Shown piece by piece: positions 37,605 through 47,362 of a stretch of DNA of 64,000 bases. How positions within the stretch are numbered: position 1 is the first letter of the stretch; every line of letters begins with the position of its first letter. The DNA is from an uncultured Candidatus Rokubacteria bacterium (GTDB lineage Bacteria > JAUVQV01 > DATDCY01), in the NCBI GenBank assembly GCA_963699775.1, contig CAVOVE010000001.1, forward strand, positions 219,772 to 283,771, written 5' to 3'. The translations under genes and the position numbers were made by a program. The notes below the pieces were generated by a model. The model did not search any database and was not told the origin of the DNA. It saw only the letters and a list, made by a program, of their open reading frames with translations.

Positions 37605-37737
37605 TGTTGCCCGTAAGAATTCCACGCCGAGGCTCCATCATGGACTTGAACCATCGACTCGGTTCAGGCTAAGATCATCGCATTCACTGCGCCACAAACT
37701 GTCACCGTGTGGTGCACCATCGCAGACGGAGGATGCG

Positions 37738-37907
37738 CTATGCCGTCTCTTGATAACTCCCAATTCACCGCGACGGTCAGTGACGGTGATCGACCGCTGC
37801 GCCCCGACTGGATATTGCCGCCGCTGCCACGATTGGATAAAGCCGCGACTGCCGTGTCTGGGCATTGTGCTTGCGGTCCCGAATGGAACATGCCGAAACG
37901 GCGATGA
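37738..37907 (+). CDS. Small hypothetical ORF (55 aa, Cys/His-containing) in the lower-GC island
   Basis: MPSLDNSQFTATVSDGDRPLRPDWILPPLPRLDKAATAVSGHCACGPEWNMPKRR; GGAGGA-type ribosome-binding site 6-8 nt upstream. No recognised homology. Confidence 0.25.
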
Positions 37908-37966
37908 CGGGATAACCCTGCGGCTTTCTCATCACCTGTTCGGCGGCACTACCAAGGAGAAGTGAC

Positions 37967-38452
37967 ATGACGAAGCTAGCCAAGAACACAATATGCCTAT
38001 GGTACGACGGAGCAGCCGCGGCCGCGGCGCACTTTTACGCAGAGACCTTTCCTGATTCGTTTGTCGGCGCGGTGCACCGCGCCCCGGGAGACTATCCGTC
38101 CGGAATAAAAGGGGATGTGTTGACGGTCGAGTTTACGGTGCTGGGAATTCCCTGCCTCGGGCTCAATGGTGGACCCGCGTTCAAGCACAGCGAGGCATTC
38201 TCGTTTCAGGTCGCCACCGCGGATCAGGCCGAGACGGATCGTTACTGGAACGCAATCGTCGACAATGGCGGGCAAGAGAGTCAGTGCGGCTGGTGCAAGG
38301 ACAAATGGGGGTTGTCGTGGCAGATCACGCCGATCACCCTGATTAAAGCGGTCACCGATCCCGATCGCGCTGCGGCCAAGCGCGCGTTCGAGGCGATGAT
38401 GCCGATGAAGAAGATCGACATCGCTGCAATTGAGAGGGCATGGCGCGGTTGA
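37967..38452 (+). CDS. PhnB-like / 3-demethylubiquinone-9 3-methyltransferase-domain protein (glyoxalase/VOC superfamily)
   Basis: ICLWYDGAAAAAAHFYAETFPDSFVGAVHRAP...GDVLTVEFTVLGIPCLGLNGGPAFKHSEAFSFQVATADQAETDRYWNAIVDNGGQESQCGWCKDKWGLSWQI is the characteristic PhnB/YjdN pattern. AAGGAG ribosome-binding site. Lower GC. Confidence 0.65.
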   Translation: MTKLAKNTICLWYDGAAAAAAHFYAETFPDSFVGAVHRAPGDYPSGIKGDVLTVEFTVLGIPCLGLNGGPAFKHSEAFSFQVATADQAETDRYWNAIVDNGGQESQCGWCKDKWGLSWQITPITLIKAVTDPDRAAAKRAFEAMMPMKKIDIAAIERAWRG

Positions 38453-38525
38453 CGGCAAACGTTGGGCAAGAGGGAATGGAAGATCTAGGACTCAGGGCCT
38501 TCATGCTCGTGCTTAGCCTCCTGCC

Positions 38526-39112
38526 CGGCGCTCCGGGCCGGCGGCTGAGACGCACGACCGAAGGGGAGCACTAGTCGCCTCGTTCACGGGAACGGAAGCA
38601 CTCGTGGAATTTTCCGGTCAGGCCTTGGGCGCGGGACCGCCGAGGACTTGTTCCAATTGCTCCCGCTCCTCCGGCGAGCCCATGAAGACCAGCGTCTCGC
38701 CGGCCTGCATCACGTGGTCGCGCGGCGGGTTGTAGCTCCAGCCGCTCCCGGTGTGCACGGCCAGCAGGAGCAGCTTGCGGAAGCGGTGCAGATCCAGTGC
38801 GTCAAGCTTTCGGCCGACCATTGACGCGGGCACCGCCAACTCTTCGATCCGCAGGGCCAGGTCCTCGCTCCGCAGCATCACGTCGAGGAAGCTCGACCAC
38901 CGCCGGGCGCAGCATCTGCCGAGGCGATGCGCAGGCCGCCGATCCGTGTCGGCGAGACCGCGGAGTCCGCGCCGGCGCGCTGCATCTTCATCGCTGTTGC
39001 GCGCCTCCTCGCACCGGGCGATGACCCGGATCTTCGCGTTGAGCTGGCGCGCCGACAGGCTGATCACCATGTTCTGGTTGTCGTCCCCGGTCACCGCGAA
39101 GAGGCCGTGCAC
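38526..39112. other. Segmental duplicate (about 587 bp) of 40045-40632, the K+ channel gene 3' end plus its downstream element module
   Basis: Nucleotide-level similarity through the channel C-terminal RCK region and the module ...gagacgcacgaccgaagggg/aagcac.agtcgcctcg.tcacggg...gaacggaagcactcgtggaatt. Confidence 0.6.
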
Positions 39113-39286
39113 GGCTTTGCTGTTTTTCTCGTCGTTGGGGACGATGATCAGCGGGAGCCATACCCACTTCGCAGTGACATAGCAGGTCTGGACGATCTTG
39201 ACCCGCGGAGCGTGCTCCCGATCCGGAATTACGACATGGATTTCTACCTGGTGGATGTCTTTTTGATACAACGGTACGACGGTCAA
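38618..39286 (-). pseudogene. Truncated, frameshifted duplicate of the C-terminal (TrkA-C/RCK) part of the K+ channel gene at 40141-41182
   Basis: ...HGLFAVTGDDNQNMVISLSARQLNAKIRVIARCEEARNS ... SFLDVMLRSEDLALRIEELAVPASMVGRKLDALDLHRFRKLLLLAVHTGSGWSYNPPRDHVMQAGETLVFMGSPEEREQLEQVLGG nearly matches the intact copy. The N-terminal 57 aa are unrelated. Confidence 0.6.
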
Positions 39287-39717
39287 GGTTCAAGCGAGAT
39301 CAATGCCCATGGCAAACCGAGGTAGCGCATGACCCCGGCAGGCTTCCCACCCAACAAATATATGAAAAGATTGACTCGATCTCGCTCGAGCTTTTCCGAT
39401 GTGATCACGTCCTGGATCTGGAAAGCCGAGAGGCTGTCCAGCAACGCCTTCCTGGCGTTTTCCGGATCCGGTTGGAATTGGCTATACGAGCCAACGGGCC
39501 TCTCTATCCAATAGGAGACTTTCAGCTTCTCCGAACTCCTGGGCGAGGCAGCTGCCAAGACTTGCGGCTCGGGCTGGAGAAGCCGGAAATAGCAGCCCTG
39601 GAGAGGCAGAGTTGGCATCGCGAAGATCTCACCAGAAGAAATCGATCTAGTCATTGAACGGCTAAATGAAATCATCGGCGGCAACCAGGCAATGCAGCCG
39701 ATCGGCTACGCCGGCGG

Positions 39718-39926
39718 CTAACAGGTTGCTGAAAAACTCCCCCGCGGCGTCATTGCGAGCGAAGCGAAGCAATCTGATGACACGAAAATGGCTGGTATTC
39801 GTCAGATTCGCCGCGTCGCTTCGCTCCTCGCAATTGACACGAAATGTGGTATTCGTCAGATTGCCGCGTCGCTTCGCTCCTCGCAATGACTGCATTCATG
39901 GTTTTTCAGCAACCTGCTAAACGCTA
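39718..39926. repeat. Nested palindromic/tandem repeat cluster in a low-GC segment: outer 19-bp inverted repeat around a roughly 90-bp imperfect palindrome plus an extra arm copy
   Basis: Outer inverted repeat gctaacaggttgctgaaaaa / tttttcagcaacctgctaaac. Inner arms ttgcgagcgaagcgaagcaatctgatgacacgaaaatgg and its inverse, ...gtcagattcgccgcgtcgcttcgctcctcgcaattg, repeated again as ...gtcagattgccgcgtcgcttcgctcctcgcaatgac. Confidence 0.5.
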
Positions 39927-39988
39927 CGTCCGCCTCTCCATGACCGGTGCACTTGCCGTTCTCGAGTGGGGGCACTGTTTTCGCTGTT

Positions 39989-40107
39989 CGTGAGCGAGGC
40001 GACTGGTGCGTCCCTGAGTGAAGATGCTCGGAGCCGCCGATCAGCCCGGAGCCGTGCCGGCGGCGGAGACGCACGACCGAAGGGAAGCACCAGTCGCCTC
40101 GCTCACG
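39989..40107 (-). repeat. Short (about 120-bp), near-palindromic internally deleted variant of the dispersed MITE-like element, inverted orientation, just downstream of the K+ channel gene
   Basis: 21-nt perfect terminal inverted repeat cgtgagcgaggcgactggtgc. Interior matches the reverse complement of the 3' core (tgagtgaagatgctcggagccgccgatcagcccggag) and the 5' module of the 200-bp copies, but lacks their roughly 85-bp central segment. Confidence 0.55.
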
Positions 40108-40140
40108 GGCGGGAACGGAAGCACTCGTGGAATTCTGCGG

Positions 40141-41182
40141 TCAGACCTTGGGCACGGCACCGCCGAGGACCTGTTCCAGCTGCGCCCGCTCCTCCGGCGA
40201 GCCCATGAAGACCAGCGTCTCGCCGGCCTGCATCACGTGGTCGCGCGGCGGGTTGTAGATCCAGCCGTCGCCGGTGCGCACGGCGAGCAGGAGCAGCTTG
40301 CGGAAGCGGTGCAGGTCGAGTGCGTCGAGCTTCCGGCCGACCATCGACGCGGGCACCGCCAGCTCCTCGATCCGCAGGGCCAGATCCTCGCTCCGCAGCA
40401 TCACGTCGAGGAAGCTCACCACCGCCGGGCGCAGCATCTCCGAGGCCATGCGCAGGCCGCCGATCCGCGTCGGCGAGACCGCGGAGTCCGCGCCGGCGCG
40501 CTGCATCTTCTCGCTGTTGCGCGCCTCTTCGCAGCGGGCGACGACCCGGATCTTCGGGTTGAGCTGGCGCGCCGACAGGCTGATCACCATGTTCTGGTTG
40601 TCGTCCCCGGTCACCGCGAAGAGGCCGTGCGCGCGCCCGATCCCGGCCTTCTCCAGCGTCTCGTTGTCGGTCGCGTCGCCGACGACGAAGGCCGGCCCGT
40701 CCTCGCCGCCGTGGAAGCGCTCGATCTTCTCGCGGTCGACGTCGACGACGATGTAGGGGCGCTTCGTCGCCAGCAGCTCCCGCGCGACGTGCGTGCCGAC
40801 GCCGTCCGCCCCGCAGACGATGTAGTGGTCGCGCAGCTTCTCGATCCGCTTTTCCATCTTTCTCCTCCGGAAGGCCTCGTTGAGCTCGCCCTCCACCACG
40901 AAGGCCGTCAGGCTCATCATGATGTAGGTCATGATGCCGATGCCGGCGAACGAGAGGAACATCGTGAAGATGCGCCCCCCGGGACTGTGCGAGAGGTCGA
41001 TGATCTCCCCGTAGCCGATGGTGGCGATCGTGATCACCACCATGTAGAGGCTGTCGAGCAGCGTCGTCTGCTCGCCGCCGATCTGCTTGTAGGCGGCGGT
41101 GCCGACCCCGAGCACCAGCAGCGAGCAGCCCGCCGGCGATCAGCGCCTTGCGGCGAATTTTTGCGTGCAGGCTCCCGGTCAC
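40141..41182 (-). CDS. Two-transmembrane potassium channel with RCK (TrkA-N/TrkA-C) domains, MthK/Kch-like; one frameshift near 41110
   Basis: Selectivity filter TIATIGYGE, Rossmann GADGVGTH, C-terminal TrkA-C. N-terminus MTGSLHAKIRRKALIAGG from ORF 40103..41182. Confidence 0.8.
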
Positions 41183-41211
41183 GGCGCTGCCTCCCCGCGC
41201 GCGCCCGCGGG

Positions 41212-42410
41212 CTAGCGGAGTTCCTTGAGCTTCTGCTGGAGTCCGCGGGCCTTCTCGATGTCCTTGGGCGCCTTCGGGTGCTCGGGGTTGAGCGCGAGCG
41301 TCTGCTCCCAGCTGCGGATCGCCTCGTCGAGCTTCTGGTTGATGAAGAAGCGGACGCCGTCGTTGTAGAACTCCTCGGCCTTCTCCTTCCTGCGGCGCTC
41401 CACCGCGGCCAGGGCCGCCGGGACGTCCTTGCGCGCCGGCTCGGCCTTCCGGTACGCCGCGACGGCGTCCGCGAAGCGCTCCGCCTTCAACGCGGCGTCG
41501 CCGGCGGCGAACCAGGCGTCGCCGGAGAGTTCCCGCGCCCGCGCGCCGACGACCGGGTGGCCCGCGAGCTTGTCGGCCGCCTCGCCCGCCTCCTCGAATT
41601 TCTTCGCCTGGAAGAGCTCCTGCGCTTTCGCGAGCTGGGCTTCACCGGGGTCGGGTGCGTCGCGGGCGCTGGCGGCGGCGGGCTTCGTCGGTTCGGGCGC
41701 CGGCGCGGTCTCGGTGTCGTACGCCGTAGGGGTCGGTCGTCGGGCTCCGGTCGGCGTCTCCGGCGCGGCGCTTGGCGGCCGGCTTCGCCGCCGCGAGCGC
41801 GAGATGCGGCAGCGTGAGGATCGTCCCCGGCGCCGGCTTGCCGGCCGGGTCGAGATTGTTGACGCGTGCCACGAGCGGCGCCTTCGCCGGATCGCCGTAG
41901 TGCTTTTTCGCGATGCTCTCGAAGGTGTCTCCGGCGGCCACCGTGTAGAGCGTCGCGTCCGGCTCGAGACAGGTTCTTCAAGGCCTCCAGCGACTCGGCG
42001 TGGTCGGGGTCGGCGGCGAGGCTCAGCAGGAATTCGCGCCGCGCCGCGTCGATGTCGCCCTCCTGCAGGCGGGCGTTGCCGTCGCGGAAGTGCCGATCGG
42101 CGTCCGCCTTGAGGCGCGCGGACAGATCGGCGACCCGCCGCTTCGGCTCCGCCGCGTCCGCCCGCAGAGCGGCGACGACCTTCCAGGAATCGAGGGCCCG
42201 GCGCAGGTCCCCGGCCGCCTCCTGCTTGAGCGCGCGGGCGGTGAAGCGGGTCGCGAGCGTCGCGAAGGGCGCCGCGCCGGGCGGCGGCGGCCTCTTCCCC
42301 GGGCGCGCGGGGTGACGTACCCGGTCCCCGGGCGGCGGCGGGCGGCGCGCCCGCACAGGCGGCGAGGAGCAGGGCCGCCGCGGGGACGAGGAGAGCCGCG
42401 CCCCGCTTCA
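41212..42410 (-). CDS. Lipoprotein with TPR-like repeats and a central LysM domain; at least 3 frameshifts
   Basis: Lipobox AALLLAAC. LysM AAGDTFESIAKKHYGDPAKAPLVARVNNL...GTILTLP. TPR-like N- and C-terminal regions (ORFs 41212..42615, 41487..42356, 41642..41941). Confidence 0.5.
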
Positions 42411-42418
42411 CCGCAGGG

Positions 42419-43491
42419 CCCTGCGGTCGGTCGTCGCGAGATTTTTTTCGAACCGGGCGAGGTCGAAGTCGCCGTAGATCATCGCGCGCCCGAGCCGGAA
42501 GGGCGGCGCGAAGAACGGGTTGGCCTCGCGCGTCGACCGTCAGGGCCGCCCGGTAGCCCTGCTGCTTCAGCAGCGTGATCGCGAGCCCGTTGGTGTCGCC
42601 GTAGGGGTAGGCCATGATCGTCGGACGCTTGCCCAGCTTCTGCTCGATCGTGCGCGTCGACTCGGCGATTTCCCGCGCGATCGTCGTCGAAGTACTGATC
42701 GGCGCTCTCCTGGTCCTGGGCGAGCGACAGGTTGCGGTGGCTGACGGTGTGGCATTGCACGTCGAGGCCCTGGTCCGACATCTCGCGCACCTGGTCCCAG
42801 GAGAGGGTCTTGGCGCCGCCGGTGATCAGCTGGGTGTAGACGAAGAGCGTGGCCGGGTAGCCGTACTTCCTGAGGATCGGGAACGCGATGTCGTAGGTCG
42901 CGCGCCAGCCGTCGTCGATGGTGATCACGACGGACTTCTCCGGGATCTGGCCGCGGAAATCGAGGAAGTCGACGAGCTGCTCGAGCGGGATCACCCGGTA
43001 GCCCTTGTCCTTGAGCAGCTGCATCTGGGCTTCGAAGGCCTCGCGGGACACGGTCATCCTGTTCGTGCTTTTCTCGGCGAACTGGTGGTAGGTGAGCACC
43101 GGAACCGTCTGGTAGCGCTCGGGGGTCGAGCCCGCCCCGGCGGAAGGGGCGCAGGGGGATCGACGAGTTCCTGGCCGGGGACGACCGCGGCGATGCCGTT
43201 GTACGTCGGCGATCTCCCAGGCCCGGGACGGATCGCGCAGCCAGACGGCCGCGAGCGACGCCAGGGTTTCCCCGGGCCGGGCGACCACGGCGACGAACTC
43301 GGGGGTCTGCACGACCGGCGTCGGACCGCCCGCCTGGCGCGGCGCGGGCGACGGCGCGACCCGGGCGGCCGCCGGCGCCTCGTCGGGCGGCGGCGCGACC
43401 CCGGCCGTCGTCGCGCAGCCCGCGAGCGCGGCGGCCAGGATCGCCGGGCAGCAGCCTGCCTTCGCAACAGGGTCGAGATCGTCATCGTCAC
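42419..43491 (-). CDS. Polysaccharide deacetylase family lipoprotein (NodB/PgaB-N-like) with N-terminal LysM-like segment; at least 2 frameshifts
   Basis: VPVLTYHQF...VVITIDDGWRATYDIAFPILRKYGYPATLFVYT...CHTVSHRNLS... then YPYGDTNGLAITLLKQQGYRAALTV in ORFs 42479..43312 and 41212..42615. Confidence 0.7.
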
Positions 43492-43505
43492 CGTCCTTGC
43501 CGTTG

Positions 43506-45186
43506 TCAGGCCGCGGCGGCAGGCGCCTCCTTCACGCCCGACACCTCGAAGATCTCGATCGGTTCGGTCTTGCCCTTGACCTTGACCGGCGGGCAGGGCC
43601 AGCGACCTCGACCAGGTCCCCCGCCGCCTCGCGCGTGCTGCGGCTGATGATGGTCTTGCCGCCGGCCGCCAGGGCGTTGAGCCGCGAGGCGACGTTCACG
43701 CAGTCGCCGATCACGCTGTACTGGCGCTTGACCTCCGAGCCGAGGTCGCCGGCGATCGCCACGCCCGGAGTTGATCCCGATGCCGACCTTCGCGAGCAGC
43801 GGGTTGCGCCGCCGCGTCCTGCGCGAGCAGCTCGCGCTGCATCGCGACCGAGGCCCGCAGCGCGCGCAGCGCGTGGTCCGGCTGGGCCAGCGGCGACGCC
43901 GAAGACGCCGAGCACGGCGTCGCCGATGAACTTGTCGACGTAGCCGCCCTGCAGCTGGATGTGCCGCGTCGCGATCTCGAAGTACTCGTTGATCGCCTCG
44001 ACGACGCGCTCCGGCGGCGTTGGCCTCGGCGTAGGCCGTGAAGCCGCGGATGTCGGTGAAGACCACGGTGACCTCCATGCGCTTGCCGCCGAGCAGGTCG
44101 CCGTCGGGGTGCGCCATGACCATCTCGAGGATCTCCGGGCTGACGTAGCTGCCGAAGGACTTGGTCATGACGAGCTTCTTCCACAGCTCGCGGGACATGT
44201 AGTTGAAGGCCGAGGCCAGGTCGCCGAACTCGTCGCCGCGCACGCGCTCGACGCGGTACTGGAAGTTGCCCTTGCCGATCTCCTGGGTGGCGAGGACGAG
44301 CTGCGAGATCGGGCGCGCGAAGCCGACGCCGATCATGATCGCGATCGAGATCCCGAGCAGCACGATGAAGAGCGAGAGGACGATGATCGTCAGGCTCTCG
44401 CGGCGGATCTGGCTGTCGATGAAGTCGAGCGAGATCCCGACGTTGGCCTCGCCCGAGGGTCGTGCCGGAGTAGGTCACCGGGCGGGCGATGTTCATCAGG
44501 TGCGCCCCGTCGGGCCCCCGGTAGGTCACCGAGGTGGTGCTGCCCTCGGTGCGGGAGCTCTCCGCCGCCGGCCGGGCCGGGGCGGGCGAGCCGATGAGCG
44601 AGGTGTCGGTGTGCGCCTTGATGACCCCGGCGCGGTCGACGATGCTGGCGTAGACCAGGCCCTCGACCGAAGCCGAATCCTTGATCAGGCTGTTGAGCCG
44701 CAGGGTGTCGTCCTCCAGCAGCGGCAGCGCCGCGTTGTTGGCGAAGTAGTTCAGGCTCACCGTCCCGGTGCGCATCGTCTGGGCGTAGAGCCGGTCGCGC
44801 TGGCGGGCGAGCATGACGACCGAAAGAGTCAGGATTGTCAGCCAGATCATGAACGTGATCGCGATGGAGAGCTTGATGCCGATCGGGATGCGCAGGTGCG
44901 CCAGCTTGTCGCGCCAGGTGGTCGTGCGCGGTTCGAGCAGTGCGGCGAAATCGTCGGAGAGGGCGGTCGCCGAGACGCGGTAGTACTTCGCGATCGCCTG
45001 GAGCACGTTGTATTCGGAGGCGAACTTCTGCTCGACGATGATCTGGCCGAGCTGCTTCTTGGTGGAGCGCTGGATGTCGAGCGCCTTCCTGAGCTGGTCC
45101 TCGCTGATGACCTGCGCGCGGACGAGCATCCGCCCGAGCGGTTCGCGGCGGCCGAGCCCGAAACGTTCGAGCAGGTTGCCGAACAC
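43506..45186 (-). CDS. Membrane sensor adenylate/guanylate cyclase: N-terminal MshEN (GspE-N-like, putative c-di-GMP-binding) domain, transmembrane-sensor-transmembrane segment, HAMP, class III cyclase domain; at least 3 frameshifts
   Basis: N-terminus PLGRMLVRAQVISEDQLRKALDIQ...QLGQIIVEQKFASEYNVLQAIAKYY (MshEN-like tandem motifs). HAMP: PISQLVLATQEIGKGNF...AFNYMSREL. Cyclase: EVTVVFTDIRGFTAYAE...FIGDAVLGVFG. Confidence 0.7.
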
Positions 45187-45358
45187 CAGTCATTCCCTCC
45201 GTCGATTCGGTCATTGTAGCCATGATCATCCCGCCCCGCAACCGCCGCCAACCCCGCCGCCAATTCTTGACTTCCGAGCGATTTTCTGTAGAATTTCGCG
45301 CACCTCGACGAAAGGATAGGTGCCGCTGCCAGACGGGAACGAGAGCGGCGTTGAAGAA

Positions 45359-45897
45359 ATGGAACACTCTGATTTTGTTGTTTTATTGAACAAGATACCG
45401 CCGGAGGGGCTGGAGAGTCTCGTACGAGATCGCCAACCCCGCCGGGGCCGGTATCGAACTCGCTGTCCCCCTGGAGGGGCCGATCGTTGCGGACTTCGAG
45501 ATCCAGCGGCTCGGCAATGAGATCCAGGTGACGGGCACCGTGCGGGCCACCGCCCGGCTGCAGTGCTCGCGCTGCCTGGCCCCCTTCGCCTATGCCGTCG
45601 GCGGGCGACGTGGAGGCGACGTTCGCGCCGCCGCCGAAGCTCGCGGAGGGCGACCACCAGCACGAGCTCGCCCCGGACGAACTGGAGGTCGAGCCGCTGG
45701 TGCAGGGGGGGGCCGACCTGCGCGGGGTCATCGCCGAGCAGATACACCTCAACCTGCCGCTCAAGCCGCTCTGCCGGGAGGACTGTCCGGGGATTTGCCC
45801 GCACTGCGGCCGCCCCGGCGTCGACGGGGCGTGCGGGTGTGCGCCGGCCGCGGGCGACTCCCGCTGGGAGGCGCTGAGGAAACTCAAGGTTCCCTAG
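45359..45897 (+). CDS. yceD: YceD/DUF177 (23S rRNA accumulation protein); 2 frameshifts
   Basis: [19 protein letters not shown]...[22 protein letters not shown]...[10 protein letters not shown]...[13 protein letters not shown]. Canonical position upstream of rpmF-plsX. Confidence 0.7.
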
Positions 45898-45962
45898 TCA
45901 GTCGCGCCGCCTGCAGGCCGACGGCGTTTGTTGCCACCGCACCACAGGAGAAAGGGTCGACC

Positions 45963-46148
45963 ATGCCGAATCCCAAGAGAAGACACACCACGCACCCGGC
46001 CGCGACAAGCGACGCGCCCACGACGCGCTCACCCCGGCCGCTCCGACGGCCTGCCCGCAGTGCCAGCAGCCGAAGCTCTCGCACCGGGTCTGCGCCCACT
46101 GCGGCTATTATCGCGGCGTCGAGGTCATTGCGCCCCGCGAGGAGTAGC
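45963..46148 (+). CDS. rpmF: 50S ribosomal protein L32; one frameshift near 45990
   Basis: MPNPKRRH... then [48 protein letters not shown] in the adjacent frame. Confidence 0.8.
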
Positions 46149-46180
46149 GGCGCGGCCTGTTTCCCGATCCCGAACTGACC

Positions 46181-47362
46181 ATGAGCATCGCCGTCGACGC
46201 GATGGGGGGCGACCGCGCTCCCTTCGTAGTGGTCAAGGGGGCCGTCGAGGCCGCCCGTGACTACGGCGTGCCCGTGATCCTCGTCGGTGACGCCGAGATC
46301 GTGCGCGCCGAGCTGGCCAAGTACGACACGACCGGCCTGCCGATCACGGTCAAGCACGCCGACGAGGTGGTCGGCATGGGCGAGCCGCCCTCGCAGGCCG
46401 TGCGGCGCAAGAAAAGGTCCTCGATCTGGATCGGGGTGAATCTGGTCCAGAGCGGCGAGGCCGAGGCGTTTGTTTCCGCGGGCAACACGGGCGCCGCCAT
46501 GGCGGCCTCGGTGCTCTGCTGGGGAACGCTGCCGGGGGTCGAGCGCCCGGCGATCGCGGTGCTGCTGCCGACGCTCACGGGCGTGACCACGATGCTCGAC
46601 GTCGGCGCCACCGTGGACTGCAAGTCCAAGCACCTGGTGCAGTTCGCGATCATGGGCGATGTCTACGCGCGCTGCATCCTCAAGCGCGACAACCCCAAGG
46701 TCGCCCTGCTCTCGATCGGCGAGGAGGCCGGCAAGGGCAACGACGTGATCCGCGAGACGTTTGCCATCCTCAAGCGCATTCCGATCAACTTCATCGGCAA
46801 TGTCGACGGCAAGGAAGTCTACAAGGCGAAGGCCGACGTCGTTGTCTGCGACGGCTTCATCGGCAACGTGGCCCTCAAGATCAGCGAAAGCCTCGCCGAG
46901 ATGATCGGCGAGCTGCTGCGGGTCGAACTCACCCGGACCTGGCGCTTCCGTCTCGGCGCCCTGCTGCTCAGGCCGGCGTTCGCGAATTTCAAGAAGTCCG
47001 TCGACTACAGCGAGTACGGCGGCGCCCCCCTGCTCGGCGTCAACGGCATCTGCATCATCGGCCACGGGAGCTCGACGGCCAAGGCGATCAAGAACGCCAT
47101 CCGCATCGCCGCGGAGTTCTCGGCCCAGAAAGTCAACGAGCGCATCGTCGCCGACCTCGCCGCCCGCACCGACCTTCGCGATTTCGAGGAGAAGAAGATC
47201 CCCTTCTGGAGCCAGGTCAAGGAGAAGACGCGCGCGGTGCTCGAGGAGCGCGTCCGCCGCCGGATCGCGGGCGCGGACGGTCCGGGCGCCACCGCGGCCG
47301 GCGCGGGCTCGAGGTCCCCCGGCGCCACCGCCGCGGACGTCGACCCCGGGGCGGCGCTATGA
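46181..47362 (+). CDS. plsX: Phosphate acyltransferase PlsX
   Basis: Full-length PlsX ([14 protein letters not shown]..., GNTGA, CDGFIGN, GHGSS). Confidence 0.9.
   Translation: MSIAVDAMGGDRAPFVVVKGAVEAARDYGVPVILVGDAEIVRAELAKYDTTGLPITVKHADEVVGMGEPPSQAVRRKKRSSIWIGVNLVQSGEAEAFVSAGNTGAAMAASVLCWGTLPGVERPAIAVLLPTLTGVTTMLDVGATVDCKSKHLVQFAIMGDVYARCILKRDNPKVALLSIGEEAGKGNDVIRETFAILKRIPINFIGNVDGKEVYKAKADVVVCDGFIGNVALKISESLAEMIGELLRVELTRTWRFRLGALLLRPAFANFKKSVDYSEYGGAPLLGVNGICIIGHGSSTAKAIKNAIRIAAEFSAQKVNERIVADLAARTDLRDFEEKKIPFWSQVKEKTRAVLEERVRRRIAGADGPGATAAGAGSRSPGATAADVDPGAAL

Noticed and set aside
39750-39900. Possible CRISPR array (direct repeats about 55 bp)
   Set aside because: Only two repeat units, no unique spacers, repeats are palindromic arms of a larger inverted structure, and no cas genes in the window.
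37605-39988. Prophage or integrative element with integrase/transposase in the low-GC island
   Set aside because: No integrase, transposase, recombinase or phage structural ORF is present. The island has only a PhnB-like gene, gene fragments and repeats.
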